Below are positions 35,332-35,501 of a stretch of DNA of 35,501 nucleotides, piece after piece; position 1 is the stretch's first letter; each line of letters starts with the position of its first letter. Location: the NCBI RefSeq assembly GCF_001194135.2, contig NC_069000.1:31904448-31939948 (forward strand). The letters are read 5' to 3'. The translations under genes and the position numbers were made by a program. The DNA is from Octopus bimaculoides. Lineage: Eukaryota. Under the pieces are notes generated by a model that had not been told where the DNA came from, searched no databases, and saw only the letters and a program-made list of their open reading frames with translations.

Positions 35332-35474
35332 TTAGTAGCTTGCTTAACAACCACATGGTTCTGGGTTCAGCCTCACTGCGTGGCACCTTGGACAAGATTC
35401 TTTTACTATAGCCTCGGGCCGACCAAAGGCTTGTAAATGGATTTGGTAGACGGAAACTGAAAGAAGCCCGTCGT
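35326..35474 (+). mobile_element. Family A SINE, 5' half, running into its internal (TA)n at the window edge
   Basis: GGTTCTGGGTTCAGCCTCACTGCGTGGCACCTTGG...TATAGCCTCGGGCCGACCAAAG...GGAAACTGAAAGAAGCCCGTCG followed by (TA)n. Confidence 0.9.
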
Positions 35475-35501
35475 ATATATATATATATATATATATATAT
35501 A

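Noticed and set aside
4655-35354. Many long ORFs made of YI, HT, CV, RE, SL or X runs
   Set aside because: They are translations of dinucleotide microsatellites and N gaps, not genes.

Overview
This is an AT-rich, microsatellite-dense eukaryotic window with 14 assembly gaps (about 4.8 kb of N), nearly all bounded by simple repeats. The SINE families and repeat style suggest an octopus or other cephalopod genome (inference from memory, not a database hit). I can support no intact host protein-coding gene, rRNA, tRNA or CRISPR array. Most listed ORFs are translations of microsatellites or gaps. The window is mainly intergenic or intronic DNA full of decayed mobile elements: (i) three tRNA-like SINE families, including a four-copy head-to-tail stack and an opposite-strand copy with a 16-bp TSD; (ii) a roughly 1.18 kb Tc1/mariner element with DD36E catalytic spacing; (iii) two C-terminal remnants of one restriction-like-endonuclease (RLE) non-LTR retrotransposon type, both next to (CATA)n; (iv) Penelope-like RT and GIY-YIG remnants, one possibly with a twin-priming-type inversion; (v) a zinc-finger 3' end that is probably from an RTE-type LINE; (vi) a Helentron/HINE-like element. 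The best non-transposon signal is a 160-bp cluster of Pbx-Hox and Meis-type motifs at about 22.5-22.7 kb. The unifying theme is retroelements that appear to target or seed microsatellites. I see no firm evidence of a wholly new system.
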